Source of the DNA: Trueperaceae bacterium
Lineage (GTDB): Bacteria; Deinococcota; Deinococci; Deinococcales; Trueperaceae
Reading direction: 5' to 3'
DNA: 64,000 nt
Assembly (NCBI GenBank): GCA_965214405.1
Contig: OZ243956.1
Coordinates: 4,256,001 to 4,320,000 of the forward strand
Below, piece by piece: positions 18,044 through 26,658 of the stretch. The translations under genes were made by a program, and so were the position numbers. Positions within the stretch are counted from its first letter, which is position 1. Each line of letters opens with the position of its first letter. The notes under the pieces are model-generated. The model made no database searches and was not told where the DNA came from. It saw only the letters and a program-made list of their open reading frames with translations.

Positions 18044-19243
18044 GTGATGAGCAAGTACGTGGTCCACCTTCTTCAGCCCCTTGATATGCCCGCGCGCACC
18101 GTCGCCTTTCACGCCGCGCCGCATCTGCGGGTCGAGGCGGACAGGCTCGAGCAGGTGTTGGCGCGGGGTCCCGGCGTCGTGACCCAGCCGACCAGCCGCA
18201 CAGAAGCGCAGCGCGTGGCGGATATCTTGGCCGCGGCGGGCGCGCCCGCGCAGGTGCGGCCTGCTGCGCCCAACGTTGACGTGTTTCCCGCGCCGCCGGG
18301 CGTAGCGTCTGGGGTAGGCTCGAGCGCCGGTGCTTCTGACTTCTCCAACCTCCCGAACCGGCGCGAGCCCACGCGCCGCCTCTCGCTACGCGGCAAGCTG
18401 CTCTTGCTCACGCTCCTGCCCGTGCTGCTCCTCTCGGGGGCGACGCTCTACGTCGGCTTCGGGGCGGTGCGGGAGCTCTCTACCACCCTGTCGGCGTCCT
18501 GGGCTGACGCGCTGGCGCTCACGCTGGCGTCCGACATAAGCGCGACGGTCGCCCAGAACGGGCTCGCCGTCGGAGAAACATTCGACGAGGACGTGGCCCG
18601 TTACGTCACGGAGCGCTTGCGCCTCAACCAGGCCGGGCTGCGCGACGTGGTGGGCGTTGCCGTCACGGACGCCGCAGGGCGGCCTCTGGTGCTGAGCTGG
18701 TCGCCCGAGCGCCCCAACCCGCCCCCGGACGTGCTCCGGGCGGTAGCAACCGCGACGCTTAGGGCGAGCGACTTCGGGGAAAACGCCGCCGCCTTCTCCG
18801 CCACGCTGAACGCCCGCACGCGGCGCTTTGGCGACGGTTTTGTTACTGGTCCTGGCAGTGGTTCTGATGGTTCCGCCGGGAATCTCAACGGTGTGCTGCT
18901 GGTCGGCGCACCCCTGCTGAGCGATGTGGGCACGGTGCAGGTGGCGCTAGACGCCGACGCGTCATCGCTGACCGCTGGGTTTGCGCGACCTCTTCTTCTC
19001 GTGGTACTCGGGGTGTTGCTTTTGGCGACGCTCTCCGTGATTTTGTTCGCGTCGCGCCTCACGAGGCGGCTGCGCGTGCTCACGACCGCCGCCAACCACC
19101 TTTCGTTAGGGGAACTCGATGAGCCCGTCGCGCTACGCGGCAATGATGAGATGCGCGACTTGGCCGAGGCCTTGGAACACATGCGCGTCGCCCTGCGCGC
19201 GGCGGTGTCGCAGATGCGGCGGCGGGAGGGGCGGGGCCGTTAG
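18044..19243 (+). CDS. Two-TM membrane protein with a C-terminal HAMP domain and no output domain
   Basis: TM1 after SLRGKLL, TM2, then LTRRLRVLTTAANHLSLGELDEPV...DEMRDLAEALEHMR, then stop. Confidence 0.75.
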   Translation: MMSKYVVHLLQPLDMPARTVAFHAAPHLRVEADRLEQVLARGPGVVTQPTSRTEAQRVADILAAAGAPAQVRPAAPNVDVFPAPPGVASGVGSSAGASDFSNLPNRREPTRRLSLRGKLLLLTLLPVLLLSGATLYVGFGAVRELSTTLSASWADALALTLASDISATVAQNGLAVGETFDEDVARYVTERLRLNQAGLRDVVGVAVTDAAGRPLVLSWSPERPNPPPDVLRAVATATLRASDFGENAAAFSATLNARTRRFGDGFVTGPGSGSDGSAGNLNGVLLVGAPLLSDVGTVQVALDADASSLTAGFARPLLLVVLGVLLLATLSVILFASRLTRRLRVLTTAANHLSLGELDEPVALRGNDEMRDLAEALEHMRVALRAAVSQMRRREGRGR

Positions 19244-19294
19244 CGTCGGAATGAACCCGCCCCAGGAAAGTCGGATTCAAGCTACAGTGAAGAA

Positions 19295-20053
19295 ATGAAG
19301 TTTGAACTGGTGCCCACTTTAGGGAAACTGCGCGAGCTGTACTCGTTGCCTCGTGGGCCGGAACGTTTTGAAACCTATATAAACCTTACCGTCGGCGGCG
19401 CGCAGAGAACCGCGGATATAGCCCTGCCGCCGCTCGTCATGGCGAATCCGATGGCAAAAGAGAGCGTTCTGGCGGTTGTTGAAGCCTGGCTCGAGCTTGA
19501 GGCCGAAAGCGTCGCCGCAGACACGCTCAAGGAGGCTGCTAAGCGCCTCGAGGCGCTACCCTTCGCGCATACCGTCAACACCGTCAAGGTCGGGCTGACG
19601 GTGCTCGATGACGCGGGTGGCGGCTGGACGAACCGCACGATGAATGACGCGGCGCGGTTCCAAACGGGCAAATCGTTAATAAAAACAGGCTGGATGAGCG
19701 TCAATCTCTGGACGAGCGAAGCGCCGAATTTAGAGGCGTTGCGGCGGGTCGTCCTTGAAGCGGTTCGCCGCGCTGCCTACGTCACCGAGCAGGGCGACCC
19801 GCACACGTTGGGAGAGATGATGCGGCAAGAAGGACGTGCCTCCGCTTTCGCCGGGCGCACCGTAACGTTTGACGCCGAAGAACTCGAGTATTCTCGCGCA
19901 GTAATTAAACCCTACCGCTCGAGCACCCAGCAACCCACCGTTATCGCCTGTTTATACGGTGACGACGCGGCTCGAGCGTGCGGCTACACGCCCTTGGGTC
20001 TGTCTAAAGACGCCGGGTTTGAGGTGGGGTTGGCCGACGCGCTTGGGATATGA
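19295..20053 (+). CDS. Hypothetical protein
   Basis: 252-aa ORF with host-like codon usage; TACAGT lies 6 nt before ATG. Confidence 0.7.
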   Translation: MKFELVPTLGKLRELYSLPRGPERFETYINLTVGGAQRTADIALPPLVMANPMAKESVLAVVEAWLELEAESVAADTLKEAAKRLEALPFAHTVNTVKVGLTVLDDAGGGWTNRTMNDAARFQTGKSLIKTGWMSVNLWTSEAPNLEALRRVVLEAVRRAAYVTEQGDPHTLGEMMRQEGRASAFAGRTVTFDAEELEYSRAVIKPYRSSTQQPTVIACLYGDDAARACGYTPLGLSKDAGFEVGLADALGI

Positions 20054-20092
20054 CAAGGGATTCTGAAGAGAGGTCGTAGACTTTTTTCTTTG

Positions 20093-20494
20093 CTACTTGC
20101 CCGTTTGCCGACCCTCCAAATGCCTGACCAAATCCCCATACGCCGCGTTGATCCGTTTCACCACTTCCGTCGCGGTTTCCCTATGAACCGGGTCCTGATA
20201 ACGGTCCGGGTGGTAGAGCTTCATGAGACGCTTGTAGGCCGCGCGCACGCTCTGCAAGTCGGCGCCGTAGGGGAGCTCGAGCGCCCGGTAGTGCGCCGCT
20301 AACTTCGGGTCAACCCCCGCACGTGATGAAGTCCTGGACGAGCTTCCGGACGAGGTTTTAGAGCCCTCACCATCTTCCCACGCGTTACCGGCAGCACCGC
20401 CCGCACCGCTGTTAGACCGGTACGTGGGCCTGCTGCTAAGTCGGTGATTTAGTTCAGCGCGCAGCAGGCGCAGCAGGCGCGCGGGGATGCTCAC
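20093..20494 (-). CDS. J-domain (DnaJ-like) protein
   Basis: C-terminal YRALEL...VRAAYKRLMKLYHPD...INAAY. Confidence 0.85.
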   Translation of the reverse strand: MSIPARLLRLLRAELNHRLSSRPTYRSNSGAGGAAGNAWEDGEGSKTSSGSSSRTSSRAGVDPKLAAHYRALELPYGADLQSVRAAYKRLMKLYHPDRYQDPVHRETATEVVKRINAAYGDLVRHLEGRQTGK

Positions 20495-20561
20495 AGGACA
20501 CCTATACTAAACGGCTCGAGAAGACCACGACGTCTCAACCTGTACATTCTTAGAGAAGGCG

Positions 20562-21806
20562 CTAAGGCATTCCGAACTGACGCGCCAGTTTGGTCACCTC
20601 GGCGCGAACGGTCGTGGAGTCCTCCCCCTGAAGCGTGCGGTCAATGAGCCCGGCGATGCTCCGCATCTCCGCCTCCTTCATGCCCCTCGTGGTCAGGGCG
20701 GGCGTGCCGATGCGGACGCCCGAGGTCACAAAGGGCGAACGCGTATCAAAGGGAATCGTATTTTTATTGACCGTAATACCCGCTTCGTCGAGCACGTTCT
20801 GCGCCTTTTTGCCGCTCATATCCCTCGCGGTGAGGTCGAGCAAAAAGTTGTGGTTGTCCGTTCCGCCCGACACCACGCGGTAGCCCCTCTCTTGCAGGGC
20901 GCTAGCGAGCGCCTGGGCGTTCGCCACAATCTGCCGCGCGTAGAGCTTAAATTCAGGTTGCAGCGCCTCAAAAAAGGCCACGGCCTTGCCCGCAATCACG
21001 TGCTCCAACGGTCCGCCTTGAGAGCCGGGAAAAATCATCTTGTCGATGCGCTTGCCTAGCTCCTCATCATTGGACAAGATGATGGCGCTACGCGGCCCGC
21101 GCAGACTCTTATGAGTGGTCGTCATGGTCACGTGCGCGTGGGGCAGGGGACTCGGATGCACGCCGCCCGCGATGAGGCCCGAGATGTGCGACACGTCGGC
21201 CAGGAGCGTCGCGCCCACCTCGTCGGCGATGGCGCGGAATCGGGCAAAATCAATCTCACGGCTGTAGGCGGTGGCCCCGCAGATGATGAGTTTGGGCTTG
21301 TGCTCCCTCGCTAGCGCCCGCGCCGCGTCGTAGTCGATGCGCTCGCCCTCCCTATCCACGCCGTACGACACCACGTTGTAAAGGATGCCGGATAAATTTA
21401 CCGGGCTGCCGTGCGTCAGGTGGCCTCCATGTGACAAGTCCATCCCCATGAGCGTGTCGCCGGGCTCTAACACCGTGTGATAAATAACAAAGTTCGCCGT
21501 CGAGCCCGAGTGCGGCTGCACGTTCGCCCAGGCCGCGCTGAAAAGCTCTTTGGCCCGGTCAATCGCCAACTGTTCGACCTCGTCCACCACTTCGCAGCCG
21601 CCGTAGTAGCGCTTGCCGGGATAGCCCTCGGCGTATTTGTTGGTCAGCACCGAGCCGACCGCGTCCATGACCGCCTGCGAGGTGAAGTTTTCCGAGGCGA
21701 TGAGCTCCAAACCGTCGCGCTGACGCTCAAACTCCCGTTGAATAAGCTCAAACGTCCTGTCGTCGCGCTTTTGCGTGTTCATCTGTGAAGGAGCAAGTAC
21801 GCTCAC
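20562..21806 (-). CDS. glyA: Serine hydroxymethyltransferase
   Basis: [35 protein letters not shown] and [16 protein letters not shown] precedes GTG 21806. Confidence 0.96.
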   Translation of the reverse strand: MSVLAPSQMNTQKRDDRTFELIQREFERQRDGLELIASENFTSQAVMDAVGSVLTNKYAEGYPGKRYYGGCEVVDEVEQLAIDRAKELFSAAWANVQPHSGSTANFVIYHTVLEPGDTLMGMDLSHGGHLTHGSPVNLSGILYNVVSYGVDREGERIDYDAARALAREHKPKLIICGATAYSREIDFARFRAIADEVGATLLADVSHISGLIAGGVHPSPLPHAHVTMTTTHKSLRGPRSAIILSNDEELGKRIDKMIFPGSQGGPLEHVIAGKAVAFFEALQPEFKLYARQIVANAQALASALQERGYRVVSGGTDNHNFLLDLTARDMSGKKAQNVLDEAGITVNKNTIPFDTRSPFVTSGVRIGTPALTTRGMKEAEMRSIAGLIDRTLQGEDSTTVRAEVTKLARQFGMP

Positions 21807-21935
21807 CTGAGCACCTCTTTCGTTACTTTTATGGTTTTCCAACCTTGATGATGTCTCTACTGTTACGTCACAGGTTCGTGCCCGGAGTATAGCAGCTAGC
21901 TGGCGGCGGGCGCGTTCTCGAGCTCTGCGCAAAAA

Positions 21936-22487
21936 TTACAAAAAAGGCGTCTGGATGTAGATATCTTCCATCGTCAAACTCACGTCGGCGCAGGGGATGG
22001 GGACGGTGTCGCCTTTGGCGAAATGCCTCTCTTCCCAGCCGTTTTCGCCGCTATAGTAGCCCGTGACGAAGCGGCGGCGGCTGTCGACGAGCAAGTAGAG
22101 GCGTAAACTCGGCAGCTTTTCGTAGGCGTAACGTTTCTCGTTCCCGTCGGTGCGGACGGTGCTGGGGCTGATGACCTCAACGATGACGCAGGGTTTATCT
22201 TTGTAGTAGGGGTCGGGGCCGTCGTCGCAGACGAACATCACATCGGGATAATAAAAAACTTCATCGGCGGCGCGAACCTTCATGTCGCTCGCGTAAACTC
22301 TACATCCTTTTTGTCGAGCCGCGGGGTTGAGGGCCACAACGATATTCAAGCCAATCGTGTTATGCACGTCGCTAGCACCCGCCATTGCGAACACTTCGCC
22401 GTGAACGTATTCGTACCGGACGGAGGCGTCTTTTTCGCCCTCGAGATAATCCTCCACACACACGCTGTAAAAGTTCGGCATCGCCAT
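21936..22487 (-). CDS. Uma2-family endonuclease
   Basis: RYEYVHGEVFAMAGAS..H, YYPDV and IVEVISPST...D..EK. Confidence 0.9.
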   Translation of the reverse strand: MAMPNFYSVCVEDYLEGEKDASVRYEYVHGEVFAMAGASDVHNTIGLNIVVALNPAARQKGCRVYASDMKVRAADEVFYYPDVMFVCDDGPDPYYKDKPCVIVEVISPSTVRTDGNEKRYAYEKLPSLRLYLLVDSRRRFVTGYYSGENGWEERHFAKGDTVPIPCADVSLTMEDIYIQTPFL

Positions 22488-22501
22488 AACCCCGTTCTAG
22501 C

Positions 22502-23077
22502 CTACGCCCAGCTAATCGAGGCGAGGCGACCGTCGGCTTTATAATGCGTCACGCCGATACGCACCCCTTCTCGACCTGCTGGGTCGCGCCGCACGTCGCT
22601 GACAAGGTGGGGTAAAGTCTGGTCCGTCGTTTCGATAATGTCTAACCCGGCAAACGCTTCGGGTTCTTTCCAGTGGAGCGTACCTTCGGTGCATTCGGGT
22701 AGAGCATAGGTTTTTAGTTCAGCCGTGTAGTAGAGAAGCCCGGTGAGCGGTTCGCCCGCGCGGTTGTGGTACAAAACGCGGCGCAGCGAGAGGTGGTTGA
22801 TGTCAGCCTCTGTAATCTCTGTTTCCTCCGCAAGCTCGCGCAGCGCCGAGGTGCGGAGGTCGTTCGTCTCGTCCGCTTCGACCCTGCCGCCGACGCCCGT
22901 CCAGCGGTTTGGGGCCAAGCGTTTGGTGGGGGCGCGGTGGAGGAGCAAGTAACGCCCTTCAAAGTGCAAAAAGACGACGGTGTAGAGGGCGAAGGCGTTG
23001 GGTTTCGTTGAAGGGGGTTTGATTGAAAAGGTTTTGGGTGAGGGCTCGAGCCGGTCCTGTGGCTCACGTTCACTCAC
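22502..23077 (-). CDS. NUDIX hydrolase
   Basis: Nudix box GGRVEADE......ALRELAEETEI. Confidence 0.85.
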   Translation of the reverse strand: MSEREPQDRLEPSPKTFSIKPPSTKPNAFALYTVVFLHFEGRYLLLHRAPTKRLAPNRWTGVGGRVEADETNDLRTSALRELAEETEITEADINHLSLRRVLYHNRAGEPLTGLLYYTAELKTYALPECTEGTLHWKEPEAFAGLDIIETTDQTLPHLVSDVRRDPAGREGVRIGVTHYKADGRLASISWA

Positions 23078-23080
23078 CCG

Positions 23081-23365
23081 TCACCGCCTCTCGTAAGCAG
23101 AATTGTGGTCCGGGTGGAGCGAGACGAACCGGAGCACGTCGCCCTCGCGCTGCACCACCGCGCGGCACTTCTGCGTCACCCGGACGGTGTAAGCCTCAAC
23201 CCCCACCGATTTGATGCTCTCCCAGCGCAGCCCTTTGTCGCGGTAGACCCGTTCCCACGAGAGCTGCTTTGGCTTGCGCAACGTTTTGAAAAAGGCGAGC
23301 AGTTCGCTCTTCTCGAGCCCCATGAGTTCCGCCTGAAAGGTTGCGTTGTTGAGGTCAAACTCCAC
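23081..23365 (-). CDS. Putative RelE/ParE-fold toxin (paralog of 13430..13735)
   Basis: Shares DLN..F, W..VYR.KGL.WE.I and R......R.....EGD..RF.SLHPD..SAY with the first copy. Confidence 0.55.
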   Translation of the reverse strand: MEFDLNNATFQAELMGLEKSELLAFFKTLRKPKQLSWERVYRDKGLRWESIKSVGVEAYTVRVTQKCRAVVQREGDVLRFVSLHPDHNSAYERR

Positions 23366-23649
23366 TACTCAAGCGGCTCCCCGTGCTCCCTCTCCCAGCG
23401 CGCACGGACGTCCGCCTCGAAACCGTCCAGATCAGTTTTTTTCGCGGGTGTCTCGCGCGCCCACGCCAGGCCCGCCTCGAGCTTGCTCTTGGCCGGTTCC
23501 TCGTGCAACCATAGTTCATTGTCGGGGATAACCTGCGCCGTGCGGATGACCCACACACCCTCTTCTGGGCTGTCCACCACCACGGTGCGCCCCGCATATT
23601 CTTTACCCAACGAGATTTAACCGCTCGCCCCAACCGTTTTAATGTTCAT
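23365..23649 (-). pseudogene. AbrB-like antitoxin with an in-frame TAA at 23619-23617 (paralog of 13176..13433)
   Basis: MNIKTVGASG*ISLGKEYAG versus KRIGQSGQLTLGKQYAG, i.e. CAA changed to TAA. TATCGT lies 5 nt before ATG 23649. Confidence 0.7.
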
Positions 23650-23739
23650 GCCGCACGATAACACAAAAATGTAGGCTGACATCAACACATCCTGCATGCG
23701 CACCTGAAGCAGACCAGCGCCGTTCGCGTACAATGCCCC

Positions 23740-24311
23740 ATGAACTACACCACCTTAGGCAAAACCGGCCTCTCAAATCCGGGCGGGTGCGCTATAGCGG
23801 GGCCTCGAGCATGTTCGCCTACCAATTCACGCAGGCGCTCTACAAGGCCGACCTTCATGGCTGGACCCGCTTCGCCTCGATGCAAAACCACTACAACCTC
23901 CTCTACCGCGAGGAGGAGCGCGAGATGCTGCCCCTCTGTGAGGCCGAGGGCGTCGGCGTCTTGCCCTGGAGCCCTTTGGCGAGGGGCTACCTGACCCGCC
24001 GCCCGCGCGAAAAAACCGCCACCACCCGCGGCGAGAGCGACGACTTTTCCAAGCGCATGTACAGTGCCGAAGGCGACGACGCCATCATTAACCGCGTCGT
24101 GGCCTCTGCCGAGGCGCGCGGCGTGTCGAGCGCGCAGGTCGCGCTCGCCTGGCTCTTGCACCGCCCCGGCGTCACCGCGCCGATTGTCGGGGCGACGAAG
24201 ATGAAGCATTTGGAGGACGCTATCGAGGCCGTAGACCTTACCTTGTCGGAAGAGGAGCGGGCGGGGCTCGAGGCGGCGTACGCGCCGCGTCCGGTGTTGG
24301 GGCACGCTTAA
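23740..24311 (+). pseudogene. Aldo/keto reductase with a large internal deletion
   Basis: MNYTTLGKTGL is joined out of frame to KSGRVRYSGASSM...MQNHYNLLYREEE...PWSPLARG...AQVALAW. The catalytic D/Y/K region is missing. Confidence 0.85.
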
Positions 24312-24507
24312 AGGAAAAAAATCGGCTCTCGGGGGGCTTTGAACGTGTTCACTCTCTTACAGTGCATTCATACTAGAATCTCAGGTAGTACCGGGTCTAT
24401 CAAAACTTCTCATTTTGATACACAATAGACTACATTATCTGTTGTGACGGTTGTTGTGGTTGACCCCGCTGAAGGTTCTGAGGCAAATATAGAGTGAAGG
24501 AGTCCGT

Positions 24508-25425
24508 GTGAGCGACATTTCCTTTCGGGCCGCGTTTGACGCCCTCACCGACCACGTCGTGGTGCTTGACGCGGAGGGTCGCGTGGTGGCGGTAAACAGG
24601 GCTCTGCAAGGGTTTGCCGACGCTCTGGGCGTGTCCTTACAAGTTGACGCTCCTTATATAGACGTTTTTCTGGGACTTTATGGTCCGCCCGACGAAGCTG
24701 CGACGTTGAGTCGGGGGGTTGACGCTGTACTGGGGGGCGAAAGGCCGAGTTACGGGCTCGAGCACCCCTGCCACACCCAACCGCGCTGGTTCAGCGTCAT
24801 GGTAACGCCGCTGCCGGGACCGCAGGATGGGGCGGCCACAAGTGGGGTCGTCGTGCAACACCGAGACATCACCGAATTCAAGGAGCGCGAAGCGGCTATT
24901 TTTACCCTCGCGCACCGTGACGCGCTGACCGGGCTCATGAACCGCCGCCACTTTTCAGACGAGGCCGAAAAGCTCCTCGTCCTCTCCCGCCGCTCCCGCT
25001 TGATGTCCGCCATCATCTACCTCGACCTGGACGGTTTCAAGGCAGTTAACGACACGCACGGTCACGCCGCGGGCGACGCCCTGTTGCGGTCGGTGGCCAC
25101 CCGGCTAAAGGCGCACGCGCGGCAGAGCGACCTCTTGGCGCGCTTCGGGGGCGACGAGTTTGTTATCTTCCTTTTTGACTCCACCGAGGCGCAGAGCCTC
25201 ACCACCGCGAGGCGCTATCAAAACTCGCTCTTGCAGCCTTTCAAGGTTCGTGGTCGCGCGCTCAACGTGCGGGGCAGCTTTGGACTCGCGCACTTTCCGC
25301 ACAATGGCGACACGGTGGACGAACTCTTGTCCCACGCTGACGACGCCATGTACGCGGCCAAGGCGTTGGGAGGCGGGATTCACTTCTACCCGCCGACGCC
25401 GCGCCTGTTCCGGGAACGTGTTTAG
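24508..25425 (+). CDS. PAS-GGDEF diguanylate cyclase
   Basis: PAS_4-like N-terminus; DALTGLMNRR, DLDGFKAVNDTHGH..GD, intact RFGGDEF and ADDAMY. Confidence 0.9.
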   Translation: MSDISFRAAFDALTDHVVVLDAEGRVVAVNRALQGFADALGVSLQVDAPYIDVFLGLYGPPDEAATLSRGVDAVLGGERPSYGLEHPCHTQPRWFSVMVTPLPGPQDGAATSGVVVQHRDITEFKEREAAIFTLAHRDALTGLMNRRHFSDEAEKLLVLSRRSRLMSAIIYLDLDGFKAVNDTHGHAAGDALLRSVATRLKAHARQSDLLARFGGDEFVIFLFDSTEAQSLTTARRYQNSLLQPFKVRGRALNVRGSFGLAHFPHNGDTVDELLSHADDAMYAAKALGGGIHFYPPTPRLFRERV

Positions 25426-25615
25426 ACTGGGTTCTGTTGACGTTTCGGTTTGGCTAAGCGGGTTCTTAGGGGGACTGGGCGAGAGAAGTAAGGAACAAGA
25501 GGTAGGAAGTAAGAAGGCGCGGGGGAGAGGAAACGGTTCGCTTTCTGTGGGTCTCATGTCTTCGTTCCTTTTTGCTCGAGCCGCACCCTCTCACCCAAGC
25601 ACATGTTTTGCCACG

Positions 25616-26545
25616 TCAACCGAGTAACTTGTCGAGTTCACTCTCTATATTCGTGCGCTCGAAGGTAAAACCTTCTTTTAGCAGCTTTGCGGGTAGCGCC
25701 TTGGCGCTCGGCAGGAGGACGGTGTCGGCCACGCCGCCCGTTGCCAGGCGCAAGGCAAAGGCGGGGGCGGCGATGGTGGGGCGGCGTAAGCGGCGCGCGG
25801 CTTCGCGCGCCAAGTCGCCCTGCCGCACGGGTTCGGGGGCGCTTAGGTTATAGACGCCTCGGCTCTCTTCATGTCCGATGAGAAAAAGCATCGCCCCAAC
25901 CAAATCGTCTGCATCTATCCAGGGCCACCACTGCCGCCCGCTGCCAAAGGGGCCGCCGACGCCGAGGCGGATGGGCGCGAGCATCTTTTGCCAACCCGGC
26001 GCGTCCTGAGCGAGCACGACGCCGATGCGACCAATCACCAGCCGCGCGCCGTTCGCGTCCCCGGCGGCCCGTTCCCAGGCGTCGCAGACCTCGGCGAGAA
26101 AGAAGCCCGCGTCTTTGGGCGCGTTTTCATCCAGCGCGGCCTCGCCCGCGTCGCCGTAGTAGCCCGTGGCGGAGGCCTGAAACCAGACGGGGGGCGGGTT
26201 GGGGCAAAGGCGGTGGGCGTGGAGCAGCGTCCGCGTACTATCGACCCGGCTCTCCAACACCCGCCTCTTGTGCGCCTCCCCCAACCGACCGTCGGCCACC
26301 GACGCGCCCGCTAGGTTGACAAGCGCGCTCGCCCCGTCGAGACCCTCGGCCAAGGCCTCGAGCGCCCTCCTGTCCCCTTCTTTCGCCGCCTCGGGCCGCC
26401 ACACCGTCGGCGTCGCGCCTTTGTGTTCCGTAGCCGAGCTCCGCGTGAGCGTGCGTATCCGGTAGCGGTCTCCCGCTGCCCTAATAAGATGCGTGCCGAT
26501 GACCCCCGACGCCCCGGCGATGACTAGAATAGGTTTCTGACTCAT
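25616..26545 (-). CDS. TIGR01777 NAD-dependent epimerase family protein
   Basis: IAGASGVIG, VNLAGA, ASATGYYG, RIGVVL and GSGRQWWPWI. Confidence 0.88.
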   Translation of the reverse strand: MSQKPILVIAGASGVIGTHLIRAAGDRYRIRTLTRSSATEHKGATPTVWRPEAAKEGDRRALEALAEGLDGASALVNLAGASVADGRLGEAHKRRVLESRVDSTRTLLHAHRLCPNPPPVWFQASATGYYGDAGEAALDENAPKDAGFFLAEVCDAWERAAGDANGARLVIGRIGVVLAQDAPGWQKMLAPIRLGVGGPFGSGRQWWPWIDADDLVGAMLFLIGHEESRGVYNLSAPEPVRQGDLAREAARRLRRPTIAAPAFALRLATGGVADTVLLPSAKALPAKLLKEGFTFERTNIESELDKLLG

Positions 26546-26614
26546 AGTCTCACGATACGAGAAGCGAGCCCGTGAGAGTGAGGGACACGGAACGAAGCAG
26601 GGTGACAGAAAAGA

Positions 26615-26649
26615 ACAGGGTGTAACTGTCCGCGTTCACACCCTGTTTT
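26615..26649 (-). terminator. Intrinsic terminator after the nuclease gene
   Basis: AACAGGGTG...CACCCTGTT stem with flanking A/T runs. Confidence 0.55.
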
Positions 26650-26658
26650 GCATTCGCG

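Noticed and set aside
21807..21935. Possible ZMP/ZTP or glycine riboswitch upstream of glyA
   Set aside because: No conserved aptamer motifs are visible; only a TATACT -10 and an unstructured leader.
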